This document shows, in pieces, positions 49,357 to 58,486 of a DNA stretch of 60,275 nt. The translations under genes and the position numbers were made by a program. The notes under the pieces are model-generated. The model did not search any database. It was given only the letters and a program-made list of their open reading frames with translations, and was not told where the DNA came from. Positions within the stretch are counted from its first letter, which is position 1. Each line of letters starts with the position of its first letter. The stretch comes from DHVE2 group archaeon (GTDB taxonomy: Archaea > Thermoplasmatota > Thermoplasmata > Thermoplasmatales > Aciduliprofundaceae), in contig WAOD01000062.1 in NCBI GenBank assembly GCA_015521465.1, positions 1 to 60,275 of the forward strand, read 5' to 3'.

Positions 49357-49503
49357 TACCCTAAACTTGTTTCAATAATATATATCTATCGCTTAATTTC
49401 GCAAATTTTGCTCGTTTAATTTTGAAGAGTTTAAAGAATCAAATCACTGATTATTTGCAGTAGTTAGAATAATGATTATATCCATGGTTAATATGTAGGT
49501 GCA

Positions 49504-50319
49504 GTGAATCCTTACATTGCGATAATTCGTATTGGAAATTGCGTAATGTCTGTTGTGGCTGTTTTACTTGTGGGTATAATTTCCGTGGGATACGGAATCA
49601 CCTCTTATTTGCTACAGCTTACTCTTGGAATTCTTACTGTTTTTCTGATAACTGCTGGAGGTAATGTCATAAATGATTATTATGATAGGGAAGTTGATAA
49701 AATAAACCACCCTGAAAGACCTATCCCATCTGGAAAAATCAAGCCGCAAACTGCCGTTATTTACTCAGCGTTTCTATTTTCTGGAGGAATTCTATCCTCT
49801 TATTTCATCTCTACCTGTGCTTTGTTAGTTGCCTCTTATGCTGTTTTCATGCTTCTCCTATATGAATCGTCGTTGAAGTACGAGGGTCTTGCTGGTAACA
49901 TTGCTGTTAGTATCTTAGTTGGAATGCTATTTGTGTATGGGGGCGTGATATTCGGTAATTTGTCTTTGATGGCCATTTTTGCTACTATGGCCTTTTTTGC
50001 GAATCTTGGCAGGGAAATTATAAAGGATGTAGAGGATATGGCGGGGGATATTAATAGGAGAACGCTTCCAAAGAAAATAGGAAGGAAAAAAGCTTCTCTT
50101 TTAGCCATGTCTTTCTTGTATGCATCCGTACTAATTAGCCCGTTGCCGTATCTTTTATTTGGTTTTTCTATATATTATATTTTGGCCGTTCTGGTCTCTG
50201 ACGGAATTTTTATATATGCTGCACACATTCAATTTAAAGACCCCCATGCTGGGCAGAAATACGTCAAGTATGCCATGCTTGCAGGTTTAATCGCGTATCT
50301 GGTAGGTGGATTGACATGA
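49504..50319 (+). CDS. UbiA-family prenyltransferase, digeranylgeranylglyceryl phosphate synthase
   Basis: 'GGNVINDYYDREVDKINHPERPIPSGKI' and a second Asp-rich 'IIKDVEDMAGD'. GTG start. Confidence 0.8.
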   Translation: MNPYIAIIRIGNCVMSVVAVLLVGIISVGYGITSYLLQLTLGILTVFLITAGGNVINDYYDREVDKINHPERPIPSGKIKPQTAVIYSAFLFSGGILSSYFISTCALLVASYAVFMLLLYESSLKYEGLAGNIAVSILVGMLFVYGGVIFGNLSLMAIFATMAFFANLGREIIKDVEDMAGDINRRTLPKKIGRKKASLLAMSFLYASVLISPLPYLLFGFSIYYILAVLVSDGIFIYAAHIQFKDPHAGQKYVKYAMLAGLIAYLVGGLT

Positions 50320-51053
50320 AGGTTATGGAGTATATTGAACAACACGTGAAGGACGGGAAGATGCATATGACTTTAATAGACCCCGATGACCAGACTCCCG
50401 AGACTGCGGGAGAGGTTGCAAAAGCTGCTAAAAGCGCCGGAACAGATGCCATAATGATCGGGGGCTCAACGGGCATAACGAAAGAGTTGATGGACAACAC
50501 CATCAGGGAAATTAAAAAAGTTGTAGAAATTCCTGTAATTATATTTCCCAACTCCGCTCATGTTCTTTCTCCTTATGCTGATGCTTTGTATTTCATGAGC
50601 CTGCTTAACTCCAGGGATGTGGACATGATAATTGGGCAGCAGGTTAAAGGTGCTATTTATGTCAAGAAATTGGGACTTGAGCCTATTCCTATGGGATATA
50701 TAATAGTAGAGCCGGGAATGACTGTTGGCAGGGTTGGAAAAGCAGTGCCCATACCTCGCAAAAACCCGGAGCTAGCTGTTGCATATTCTCTCGCTGCACA
50801 GTACCTTGGTATGCGAATGGTATATCTGGAGGCAGGAAGCGGAGCACCCGAACCTGTACCTGCTGATATGGTCTCTGCGGTTAGAAAGGAGATATCTGTA
50901 CCTCTGGTAGTTGGCGGGGGTATCCGAACTCCAGAAAAAGCCAGGAGTATAGCCAAAGCGGGTGCGGATATTATTGTGACTGGAACTATTGTTGAGATAG
51001 AGAGGGATATAGAATCAAAACTTTCCGAACTGATAAATGCAATTAAGTCCTAA
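50316..51053 (+). CDS. Geranylgeranylglyceryl phosphate synthase (PcrB/GGGPS)
   Basis: 'HMTLIDPD', 'IMIGGSTG', 'VYLEAGSGA', 'LVVGGGIRTPEKA'. ATGA overlap with the upstream gene. Confidence 0.85.
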   Translation: MKVMEYIEQHVKDGKMHMTLIDPDDQTPETAGEVAKAAKSAGTDAIMIGGSTGITKELMDNTIREIKKVVEIPVIIFPNSAHVLSPYADALYFMSLLNSRDVDMIIGQQVKGAIYVKKLGLEPIPMGYIIVEPGMTVGRVGKAVPIPRKNPELAVAYSLAAQYLGMRMVYLEAGSGAPEPVPADMVSAVRKEISVPLVVGGGIRTPEKARSIAKAGADIIVTGTIVEIERDIESKLSELINAIKS

Positions 51054-51306
51054 ATTTTTCAATATACTTTTTTGCGCTTTTTATAGTGCCCGTGGTTCTG
51101 TATGTTTTTATGCCGTGCTCCATTAATATATTTATAATATTGTCTTTGAACCAATGTCTGCATCTTATTACCGTGCATCCTTGAAAAGTGCCTATTACCC
51201 TTGCTTGTATGTCTATCTCCTTTATTTCCTTCATAGCTTCTTTTATTTTCTCATTTTTTTCCGTAATTATGTACCTTCTCCTTCCTACTTTTGATTTTAT
51301 AACCAC
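51043..51306 (-). CDS. RNase P protein component 2 (Pop5/Rpp14-like), short form
   Basis: 'GRRRYIIT', 'CTVIRCRHWFKDNIINIL', 'TTGTIKSAKKYI' match the Pop5 pattern from memory. At 87 aa it is shorter than typical. Confidence 0.5.
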   Translation of the reverse strand: MVIKSKVGRRRYIITEKNEKIKEAMKEIKEIDIQARVIGTFQGCTVIRCRHWFKDNIINILMEHGIKTYRTTGTIKSAKKYIEKFRT

Positions 51307-51419
51307 GAATACCGTATTTAAGACTACTTTAAATTGATATCTATTTTCTGATTCAAAAAATCAAATTAATTGTGTTTTTAATTGCTAACAATTTATTTTA
51401 AATAAATCTCTGCGAAAGG

Positions 51420-51427
51420 TTATATAT
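51420..51427 (+). promoter_or_regulatory. TATA box (TTATATAT) ~27 nt upstream of tRNA-Leu
   Basis: AAAGG-TTATATAT spacing relative to nt 51451. Confidence 0.5.
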
Positions 51428-51450
51428 TCATTTGAATTTAGCATACCAAA

Positions 51451-51535
51451 GCGGGGGTTCCCGAGCATGGCCAAAGGGGCCGGACTTAAGATCCGGTTCC
51501 GAAGGGATTCGTGGGTTCAAATCCCACCCCCCGCA
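51451..51535 (+). tRNA. tRNA-Leu (anticodon TAA), long variable arm
   Basis: Acceptor GCGGGGG/CCCCCGC. Anticodon stem CCGGA/TCCGG with loop CTTAAGA. T-arm GTGGG-TTCAAAT-CCCAC. 85 nt. Confidence 0.9.
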
Positions 51536-51637
51536 CTTTTACTTGAGTTTTACAATTATTAGCAAATTTACTATTTTCTGCTATTTTATTATTAATTTAC
51601 TATCAAGATGTCTTATACTTTGGATGCAAAATCAAAG

Positions 51638-51724
51638 TGGCGCCGAGGGGGAGATTCGAACTCCCGAGTCCTCGCGGACAGTGGATCTCGAATCCACCGC
51701 CTTGCCTGGCTAGGCTACCTCGGC
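51638..51724 (-). tRNA. tRNA-Ser (anticodon CGA), CCA encoded
   Basis: The reverse complement reads GCCGAGG...GTGGA-TTCGAGA-TCCAC, variable arm TGTCCGCGAGGACTC, GGGAG-TTCGAAT-CTCCC, CCTCGGC-G-CCA. Confidence 0.9.
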
Positions 51725-51747
51725 TTTGTGAGGCATAGCATGGGATT

Positions 51748-51755
51748 ATTTTAAA
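51748..51755 (-). promoter_or_regulatory. TATA box (TTTAAAAT on the minus strand) ~27 nt upstream of tRNA-Ser
   Basis: Position relative to the tRNA 5' end at 51724. Confidence 0.45.
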
Positions 51756-51882
51756 TTTTTCTCTAACATGCATACTAAATAATTTTTATTATAAAATCAT
51801 CGTTGAGAATCTCCGTCTTTTGATGCAGCGTTGTAAAGAATATCTCCTCAAATCTTATATAGTAAATTGTACATTGTATCTT

Positions 51883-54800
51883 ATGAAGTGGAGTGCATTT
51901 GTTATCGTAATTATGGTGATTTTAAGCATATTTACGGGTATTCTTATCAACACCTTTAACGGTGAAAGTGTGCATAGGAGCATTCAATCACTTTCGTCAT
52001 CTATTGAAACCCTTGATACGGTCAGGGCAACTCCCCATCTTGACTGGAATGGAAGCTTTCCATATAATGTGCAGGCACTACCATTCGTAATGCATGGAAA
52101 GGTAAATGTTACTGCAGTAGGCGATGTAAATGGTGATGGGAAGGTTGATGTAATATTTTCATCCACTGATGATGATAAGATTTTCGTGTATTTCAACAGA
52201 GGGGAATATACCAGCGTTTTTCCATCGCTTGTTCTCAACGATTCCGATGGTATAAATGAACCGGTTGATGTTTCGGTGGTAGATGGTCTTCTTGCGGTTG
52301 CATCCCATGTAACAACGTTGTCTCCTCCCACTGAAACTGATACCGTGAAGTTGTATAATTTGACAAGTGGAAAAATCATATCTTTAAAACCCCCTACTGG
52401 AGCGACTGGTGTTGATTATGAGATAACTTCCCTTGCAGTGGGTGATTTTAATGGGGATGGAAAGGAAGATATAGCTGCGGCATTTTCTGTAAATGGTTCG
52501 TTATCCACTACACAGAAAAGTAAGATAGATATCTATTTCTCGCCGTTTACAGATAATCAGAGTGCCAATGAGACTATTTCTGTGGATTGGAATATTGAGA
52601 AAATTACCGCCGGTAATTTCAGGACTGTGGGCGAAAAAGATATTGCTGCGGTGGTGAATAATAGAACCGACGTGCTGGTATTCTATCCGGATTCATCAGG
52701 TGATTTTAGCTCAAATGATTATTCTGAGCATCCCGTTAATTACACCACGACTATTTGCGCTCATGATTTGAATAATGATGGAATAGATGAGTTGATAGTT
52801 GGCGATTCAGGTACGGGTAATGTTAGCATTTATCACGCTAATGACGGAAGCGATTTGCCAGAGTATCCTTCTTTAAATATAACCGAAGATTCTGGGGTGA
52901 GTGCAATAGCGGTTGGTAATTTTAATCCGGATGCATATCCTGATATTGTAGTGGCCAGAAAGGATGTGCTTGTGGATGGCCATGATGTTCCATTGTACCT
53001 GAGAATTTACGATGGCCCTTGGAATTTTAATGGAGGAAGTATTAATGCCCCTAGTAGAACCATATTTGCAGGATACAATGTTTTGGACATGAAGGTGGCA
53101 GATATAAACGGTGACGGAATGGACGACCTAATAACTTGCGATTACGGGGGGTTTAACGATTACCCCTCCGTGCCATATGTTCTGTATCAGCGAGATGGGT
53201 ATCTGAAGGGTATTGCGGACGAATCATTGTACGGGGGACTTCTTCCCAGTGGTGTTGCAATAGGTGATATAAACGGTGATTCTCTAAATGATATTGTTGT
53301 TGCCCAAACTAAGGCAAACAAAACAGGCGTTTTTCTAAATGATGGATACGGATTTCCACGGTTCTACTCTACAGTTAACAATACTCCCGGGAATCCGGGC
53401 TTTGTTGCACTATCCAACATATCCAATGCGTACCGTGATGATATTGTTGTCAGCCACCTTTCTGATGGGAATTTAACTTTATACAGCACCAGTGGAAATA
53501 TTCTCACATTAAGAACGTATATGAACACAACTTACATGGTGATGTTTGGTGACACGCGCAATGAAAATGAAAGTGATATACTTGTTAATTCTCTTACTAA
53601 CCCCGAGATTGATATATTTTTAGGAGATGGTTTTTCTAATGATAGTCTTCCGCAGGTTAGAGTTCCACTATTCAATGTTTCTCGTGATTTTTCACTCATT
53701 AGTGTTATGGGAGAGCGTTATCCAGAACTTGTTGTAATGTACTCCACAAACATTACCATATATAAGCAGAATACCGTAAGCAATTTTACACCTGAGGAAG
53801 TAATACCCAATCCTTCCGGTTACAATGGTGCAGCGATTGCAGTGGGTGATTTCAATGGTGATGGAAAGGATGACCTTCTTGCAATCTACAACAGTAACAC
53901 TTCTTTTAAGTCTATGTATGCTATTTACTCTCAAAATGAGGATACCATTCAGAATGCTTCATATATTTCTGGAAACTTAACAGGAAGAGTAAGAAGCGTT
54001 ACTGTGGGTGATTTCAACGACGATGGTGTTCCTGATTTTGCAGTGGTGACAAATTACAATATGGTTGTAGTTGCCTACAATGATGAAAGTGTTTTCAATT
54101 ACGACTACTTTGCGACTGATCCAAATCCCGTGTATATAGCTTCTGGTGATGTCAATGGTGATGGAAAGGAAGACATAGTCGTTTCAGCTGATAGTCCCGT
54201 GTACGATGCTTTACCAAGAGAAGTGGATATGGTGGATGTTTACTACCAGAAAGATACAAAACCCGTTGCAAATATTTCTGGGCCTCAGGAAATCTACGAA
54301 GGCCATTACCTGAATCTAAGTGCTGAGAATTCCACGGATACCTTATCCGATATATCTTCCCTGAATTACACATGGTACGTTAAGAATGGAAGTGAGTGGT
54401 CTTTTGTTTCATATGGTGTGAATCTCTCATACTTTGTGAAAACTCAAGGCAATTATACATTCATGGTAGTTGTTAAGGATAAAGAGGGTTTAAGTGATAA
54501 TGCAACCAAAAATGTTACTGTTCTTGATACAGTTCCTGTGGTTAATTTTACATACTACAACGCTGTTGAGGGACAAAACACAACGTTTCATGCAAACATA
54601 AGCGCGTATGATGGTGTTGACGAAATCAAGTGGGACATGAACGGTGATGGGATGTGGGATTTTTATAATACAACATGGGTAAACTACACATATAAGGAGA
54701 ATGGAACGTATCACGTTAATCTTACCGTAATTGATGGTGATGGGAGCGTAGGATATGTGAACAAGACGGTATTTATAAAAGACACAGTTCCCACGTGCAA

Positions 54801-56583
54801 TTTCTCATATTCCCCCAAAGTTATATACGAGGGTGAAGTGGTTAGTTTTACTGCTTCTTGGAGCTCTTACGACCCCGTGGTAAACTGGACATGGTATATC
54901 TCGAATAATGTTTTGTACGGTAAAAATATAAATTATACATTTCAGGAGAACGGTACCTACACGGTAACTCTTCAGGTTAGAGACAGTGACGGTTCTGTGG
55001 CAAACTCATCTAAAAAACTTGTTGTTCTGGACACGCAACCCATAGTGAACTTCACTTATAGCCCTCAAGTGGTTTACGAGGGTGAAAGCGTTAATTTCAC
55101 TGCGCATGTTGAGTCATACGATGAAATAAAGTCGTATTTCTGGGATTTTGGAGATGGTAATTACTCCACAGATAAGAATCCCACCCATGTTTTTAATGAA
55201 AATGGAACATATACCGTTACTTTGTATGTAACTGATGCTGATGGCTCCAATGTTAGTGCCTCCAAGGTAATTGTGGTCAAAAATGTAAAACCCTCGGTTA
55301 CTCTTGCCTATACCAATGCCGTAGAGGGAGAGAACACCACATTTTACGTAAATATAACATCTTATGATGGGATTAAGTACGTGGTTCTTTATTTTGGGGA
55401 CGGAAAGAAGGTGAATATCACAAATCCTCCAAATCACCTGAAAATATACCATGTGTACGTTAGAAATGGCAGCTATGAAGCAAGTGTTTTTGTGAAGACT
55501 CTTAACGGCGATCAGGCAAGCAGTGCTATAACCGTTGTGGTAGAGGATACATTACCAAAAGTGGTTCTTAGAGTGATAGGTTCAAGTGTTGTCAAAGAAG
55601 ACGAACGGGTGTGGCTCAGTGCAAATGGAACCACTGCTTACGATGGAATAAAAGAGTATTTATGGGATTTTAACTATATGAACAACCATTTCACTGCTGA
55701 TAAATCTACCGAGGTTCCATATACTTTCACAAGTTTCCCGGAGCGGGGCAATTATACTGTTGCTGTGATGGTGATTGATGGCGATGGCTCAGGAGCTCTT
55801 GGATTTGCGAAGATAACCGTGGTGAACGTTCCTCCTGTGGCTAATTTTACGTATAATATATCTTATAATGTGGTTTATGTTGATGGCTCTCACTCATATG
55901 ATACCCCGTCTGACAAGGCATCTTTGATTTACATGTGGAACTTTGGAGATGGCTCCCATGTTGTGTATGGTATGACCGCAGAGCATGAATACAAGAAACC
56001 GGGAAAGTATGTGATAACGCTAATTGTTAAGGATAATGATGGAGTAGAAAGTAAAATGAGCAAGGTTATTGAAATAAAAACAGTACCCGTAACAAACGGT
56101 GGTACTGCAGACAAAACACTGGGCTTAATTCTACTTATACTCATTCCTATAATTGGAGGACTTTTAGCAGTTCTTATATACATGCGAGGAAAACAGGCAA
56201 TCATAGATGATGTGTACCTCATATCTGATTCTGGGTTGCTTATACACCATTCTACGAGAAGATTGAAACCTGATATGGATGAGGATGTGCTATCCAGCAT
56301 GTTAGTTGCCATACAGGAATTTGTTAAAGATGCCTTCAAAGGAGAGACCGATGTATCGCTCAAGAGCATGGACTTTGGAAACAAGAAGATACAGATTCAC
56401 CGGGGCAAGCATCTGTTTCTTGCAGTTGTGAGCAACAGGGACGTACCCAAGAAACTTGCAGGGAAAATATCCTCAATCCTAAATGAGATAGAGGAGAAGT
56501 ACGGGAAAGTTTTGGAGAACTGGGATGGAGACGTGTCTGCGTTCAGGGGTGTAGAGGAGATTCTTAAAAAGATATGGGAATGA
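51883..56583 (+). CDS. Giant type-I membrane protein: FG-GAP/VCBS beta-propeller repeats, ~8 PKD modules, one TM, and a cytoplasmic Roadblock/LC7-like domain
   Basis: Nine 'GD.NGDG..D' calcium-loop repeats. PKD signatures 'WDFGDGNYSTDKNPTHVFNENGTYTVTLYVTDADG' and 'WNFGDGSHVV...HEYKKPGKYVITLIVKDNDG'. TM 'LGLILLILIPIIGGLLAVLIY'. The 133-aa tail starts 'DDVYLISDSGLLIHH'. Start set at the ATG before the signal anchor; the ORF is open from 51820. Confidence 0.8.
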   Translation: MKWSAFVIVIMVILSIFTGILINTFNGESVHRSIQSLSSSIETLDTVRATPHLDWNGSFPYNVQALPFVMHGKVNVTAVGDVNGDGKVDVIFSSTDDDKIFVYFNRGEYTSVFPSLVLNDSDGINEPVDVSVVDGLLAVASHVTTLSPPTETDTVKLYNLTSGKIISLKPPTGATGVDYEITSLAVGDFNGDGKEDIAAAFSVNGSLSTTQKSKIDIYFSPFTDNQSANETISVDWNIEKITAGNFRTVGEKDIAAVVNNRTDVLVFYPDSSGDFSSNDYSEHPVNYTTTICAHDLNNDGIDELIVGDSGTGNVSIYHANDGSDLPEYPSLNITEDSGVSAIAVGNFNPDAYPDIVVARKDVLVDGHDVPLYLRIYDGPWNFNGGSINAPSRTIFAGYNVLDMKVADINGDGMDDLITCDYGGFNDYPSVPYVLYQRDGYLKGIADESLYGGLLPSGVAIGDINGDSLNDIVVAQTKANKTGVFLNDGYGFPRFYSTVNNTPGNPGFVALSNISNAYRDDIVVSHLSDGNLTLYSTSGNILTLRTYMNTTYMVMFGDTRNENESDILVNSLTNPEIDIFLGDGFSNDSLPQVRVPLFNVSRDFSLISVMGERYPELVVMYSTNITIYKQNTVSNFTPEEVIPNPSGYNGAAIAVGDFNGDGKDDLLAIYNSNTSFKSMYAIYSQNEDTIQNASYISGNLTGRVRSVTVGDFNDDGVPDFAVVTNYNMVVVAYNDESVFNYDYFATDPNPVYIASGDVNGDGKEDIVVSADSPVYDALPREVDMVDVYYQKDTKPVANISGPQEIYEGHYLNLSAENSTDTLSDISSLNYTWYVKNGSEWSFVSYGVNLSYFVKTQGNYTFMVVVKDKEGLSDNATKNVTVLDTVPVVNFTYYNAVEGQNTTFHANISAYDGVDEIKWDMNGDGMWDFYNTTWVNYTYKENGTYHVNLTVIDGDGSVGYVNKTVFIKDTVPTCNFSYSPKVIYEGEVVSFTASWSSYDPVVNWTWYISNNVLYGKNINYTFQENGTYTVTLQVRDSDGSVANSSKKLVVLDTQPIVNFTYSPQVVYEGESVNFTAHVESYDEIKSYFWDFGDGNYSTDKNPTHVFNENGTYTVTLYVTDADGSNVSASKVIVVKNVKPSVTLAYTNAVEGENTTFYVNITSYDGIKYVVLYFGDGKKVNITNPPNHLKIYHVYVRNGSYEASVFVKTLNGDQASSAITVVVEDTLPKVVLRVIGSSVVKEDERVWLSANGTTAYDGIKEYLWDFNYMNNHFTADKSTEVPYTFTSFPERGNYTVAVMVIDGDGSGALGFAKITVVNVPPVANFTYNISYNVVYVDGSHSYDTPSDKASLIYMWNFGDGSHVVYGMTAEHEYKKPGKYVITLIVKDNDGVESKMSKVIEIKTVPVTNGGTADKTLGLILLILIPIIGGLLAVLIYMRGKQAIIDDVYLISDSGLLIHHSTRRLKPDMDEDVLSSMLVAIQEFVKDAFKGETDVSLKSMDFGNKKIQIHRGKHLFLAVVSNRDVPKKLAGKISSILNEIEEKYGKVLENWDGDVSAFRGVEEILKKIWE

Positions 56584-56585
56584 GT

Positions 56586-57380
56586 TTATCTTACTTTTCT
56601 AAGTATTTTTAGTCTTTTTAATTTCAACTCCCTTGCTTCTTCGTCGCCCTTGAAAGATCTTTCCACTTCTTCCAATAAGTCTATGAATTTTTTAACAGAG
56701 TCGTAGTCCGGAGTATGTATGTTTACTCCAGCTTTTTCTGCCTGTTTTCTCACAATGGGCATTGCATCGTTTATATCTCCGTAATTTATCGAGAAATCAT
56801 ATATGATATAGTCCAGGGCGTCTTTTACAGTTCTTACCTCCTTGGATTGCTTATTTTCTTTGCCAGTTGCGATGTTCATGCCAAGCATGTGCTCTGCAAG
56901 CTTTCTAAAGGCCAGCTCAACATTTTCCCCTGTTTTGGCACTCGTCAAAAAATACTCCATATTGTACTTTTCAGCCAGTAGCCTCAAATCATCCTCTTGT
57001 ACTTCCCAGTTATCCAAGTCACTTTTATTTCCCAGTAAAATTAGAGGAATTCCAGGGGCTATTTTGTACAGCTGGGGAATCCAGTATCCTTCAATGGATT
57101 CTAAAGTACTTCGTCTGGTAACGTCCACGACCATGAAGGCGCCTTCTGCACCTTTGAACGATGCCCATTGTACCCTTTCGTATCCTTTCTGACCAAGGAT
57201 GTCCCATATCATAAGCGTTACTTCTGAGTCTCCGATTACCATGCTCTTTTTAGATACTCTTGTACCTATTGTTGCAATATACTTTTCATTAAATTTGTTC
57301 AGGACAAATCGATTTATAAGTGATGTTTTACCCACACCCCCATCTCCCAAAAGAACCATTTTCTTTTTGAGCAGTTTCAT
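56586..57380 (-). CDS. Ras-superfamily (Rab/Ras-like) small GTPase with a ~95-aa C-terminal extension
   Basis: G1 'GDGGVGKTS'. G2 'IATIGT'. G3 'WDILGQ'. G4 'GNKSD'. G5 'TSAK'. Confidence 0.85.
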   Translation of the reverse strand: MKLLKKKMVLLGDGGVGKTSLINRFVLNKFNEKYIATIGTRVSKKSMVIGDSEVTLMIWDILGQKGYERVQWASFKGAEGAFMVVDVTRRSTLESIEGYWIPQLYKIAPGIPLILLGNKSDLDNWEVQEDDLRLLAEKYNMEYFLTSAKTGENVELAFRKLAEHMLGMNIATGKENKQSKEVRTVKDALDYIIYDFSINYGDINDAMPIVRKQAEKAGVNIHTPDYDSVKKFIDLLEEVERSFKGDEEARELKLKRLKILRKVR

Positions 57381-58063
57381 ACCTGGTAATTATTGTGGGT
57401 GTATTTAAAAATTTATTTAGTTATCTTAAATTCACTGCAAGTTAAATTTATTTAAATCCATGTGTGTTTATCTATACGTTTCTAATCTAATGGCAACAGT
57501 TGTTTTTCCTTTTATAATTTCCTTTCCGCATTTTTCTTTTGGACAAGCTTGCAACTTGCCTTATATGGAAAAACTATTCGTGTACAAATTTAAATGGCCA
57601 TCCATGTAACATGCAGAGTGCATAATTGCTGTAGCGATAATCATTTTTCTATTTTTGGATTAGGGAATGCCACATCTCAAGCTGTATCTTGGGATATTGG
57701 AAATTATACTGGGTTGTATGTGCCAAAACCCAAGTAGGATTATCAAAGGGGTGTAAACGGAAACGCTGATGTGCACCCATGTACATTTCTATCTTAAATA
57801 TGAAACTGCGCTATTATCTCAAGATACCACACGGGTAAATACGAGCACCGATGGCCATGGTGTATTTTATCTTGGGGGGCATCTCGTTCTCCACAGGGAA
57901 TATGTGGGACAGCTGAAAGTACATCATGTACAGAACGAACTATGACAACTTCAGCTACGCTATAGTCCAGTTGAATGAGCAATACGAGCAGAATTATTCA
58001 ACAGATCACATAGACAGTATACTATTGGACATTACCGTTAAGGCAGAAATATAGTGAATGGAA

Positions 58064-58486
58064 TCACCTCTCAAGTTCGAGCATTGCAGAGTTCTCAAAA
58101 AACATCTCGCAATCTTTGTTTCTCCATGGTGTGATTTTAAGATGCTTTAATTTTTTTTCATTAAAGTTTATAATTTTATCGTTTCTTGGAAGGGATAGCT
58201 CAAAGTCTTCTGCGCTTATTGCCACGATATTTTCAGAGCCTTCAGAGCTGCAAAGAGCTATAGCGTCTTTTATTTGCCTCTTCCCGGATAATATTAACAT
58301 CATTTCAAGATGCTCCTTGTTGGCTATGTTCTTTCCCCTGGAGAAGTTCTCAAGCATTTTGTTGTATGCCCATTCAATATGCTCTCTGCACCCTACGCAG
58401 AGATAATTAAAAACATAAATGCCCCTGAAAGCTAACTCTTGGGATTTTTTGGCATATACATTTCCTTGGTATCCCTTAACAATCAT
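58064..58486 (-). CDS. cgi121: KEOPS complex subunit Cgi121
   Basis: '[20 protein letters not shown]' and terminal 'AMLELER' match the archaeal Cgi121 pattern. 4-nt overlap with the lonB stop. Confidence 0.7.
   Translation of the reverse strand: MIVKGYQGNVYAKKSQELAFRGIYVFNYLCVGCREHIEWAYNKMLENFSRGKNIANKEHLEMMLILSGKRQIKDAIALCSSEGSENIVAISAEDFELSLPRNDKIINFNEKKLKHLKITPWRNKDCEMFFENSAMLELER

Noticed and set aside
51432-51713. 93-aa ORF spanning the tRNA-Leu / tRNA-Ser region
   Set aside because: It is composed of the two tRNA genes and their spacer. Both tRNAs fold canonically and have their own TATA boxes.
57794-57982. 62-aa minus-strand ORF in the large intergenic gap
   Set aside because: It has no start-site context or motif. 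It overlaps plus-strand remnants that look more like former coding sequence. It is most likely a chance ORF.
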